Assembly: GCA_963817955.1 (NCBI GenBank)
Contig: CAWFQK010000001.1
Span: 495,117 to 559,116, forward strand
Length of the DNA: 64,000 nucleotides
From: an uncultured Gemmatimonadaceae bacterium
GTDB lineage: Bacteria; Gemmatimonadota; Gemmatimonadetes; Gemmatimonadales; Gemmatimonadaceae
Direction of reading: 5' to 3'
Program-made: the position numbers and the translations under genes
The notes under the pieces: generated by a model
What the model saw: only the letters and a program-made list of their open reading frames with translations
Database searches by the model: none
What the model was told of the DNA's origin: nothing
Shown: positions 63,326-64,000 of the stretch, piece by piece
How the letters are laid out: each line of letters opens with the position of its first letter
Position numbering within the stretch: the stretch's first letter is position 1

Positions 63326-63840
63326 CCGAAGTCGGCCGACCGGATCCCGCAGTCGGCTGAATGTTTGCCGAGGTCGGGTGAACCATCACCGAGGCCGAGT
63401 GGTTGACTGCCGAGGTCGAGTGGTCGATTGCCGAGGTCGCGTGGTCGATCGCCGAGGTCGAGTGGTCGATTGCCGAGGTCGAGTGGTCATGCCGATGTCG
63501 AGTGATTCGATCGCCGAGGTCGAGTGATCACTCGCCGAGGTCGCGTGGTCGATCGCCGAGGCCGAGTGATCATCGCCTAAATGGAGTGACCGACGTCAGA
63601 AATGAGCTGACGAACGCCGAAATGACGTGACCGATCGCCAAATGAGTGAACGATCGCCGAAATGAGCTGACCGATCGGCGAAATGAGCTGACCGAACGTC
63701 GAAATGACGTGGTCGATCGCCGAAATGGAGTGACCGATCGACGAAATGAGCTGACCGAACGCCCAAATGAGTGGACGGTCCTCGAAATGACGTGGACGGT
63801 CTCCTAATCCGAGCGGATGGTCTCCGAAACCAAGTCGACA
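63326..63840. repeat. Degenerate 21-bp tandem repeat array (about 24 units, two subtypes)
   Basis: Block A is GCCGAGGTCGAGTGGTCGAT(C/T) (63367-63574); block B is GCCGAAATGAGCTGACCGATC (63575-63800). Confidence 0.92.
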
Positions 63841-64000
63841 GGTTTCGAAGCCAGGTGGGAGGAATGATCGGGTAAGCGCCCGGTCCCCCGCGCCAGCTGG
63901 ACTGAAACTCACGTACCGTATCTAGCCCGCGATCTAACCAATGCTGAAGTCCGTTGGCAGCTTAAGCACGGGCTTCGGCGTTTACAACACCGCCAATAAA

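Noticed and set aside
63326..63840. CRISPR array
   Set aside because: Units are contiguous and degenerate with no unique spacers, and no cas genes are present in the window.
63165..63960. Integron attC site or IS end after the DUF2971 gene (TTCTAAC, CAGACTGTTGAA)
   Set aside because: No matching complementary box or hairpin at a suitable distance, and no integrase or transposase nearby.
1..64000. rRNA/tRNA genes, prophage or integrase genes
   Set aside because: No recognisable sequence for any of these by eye; a tRNAscan/Rfam run would be needed to exclude small RNAs.

Overview
GC-rich bacterial window in two parts. (1) About 0.9-47.6 kb is one very large, co-oriented (minus-strand) surface-polysaccharide locus. 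It encodes sugar-nucleotide pathways (rmlBA plus a truncated rmlC, gmd/fcl, an rmd-like reductase, fnlA with an RmlD-like reductase, two UDP-HexNAc 2-epimerases), about a dozen GT2/GT4 glycosyltransferases and two initiating transferases. It also has Wzm/Wzt ABC export, a Wzz-like protein, an O-antigen ligase/polymerase-family protein, an acyltransferase, methyltransferases, an AsnB-type amidotransferase, a heparinase II/III-like protein, a STELLO/DUF288-like protein, an IS3 element and several decayed remnants. The locus is headed by a duplicated regulatory cassette (palindromic operator - [EPS-type MarR] - conserved leader - NusG/UpxY antiterminator); one copy lacks the MarR ORF almost exactly from start to stop codon. 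(2) About 47.7-63.2 kb is a defence-island-like block: an orphan IetS-like S8 protease, a Schlafen/AlbA_2-GHKL-wHTH protein, a Type I R-M system whose hsdS is split by an IS21 element, an M48/YgjP metalloprotease and a DUF2971-like protein. A ~0.5 kb array of 21-bp tandem repeats follows. Many single-base frameshifts between 42 and 61 kb may be sequencing errors. All assignments come from motif recognition by eye; no database searches were run.
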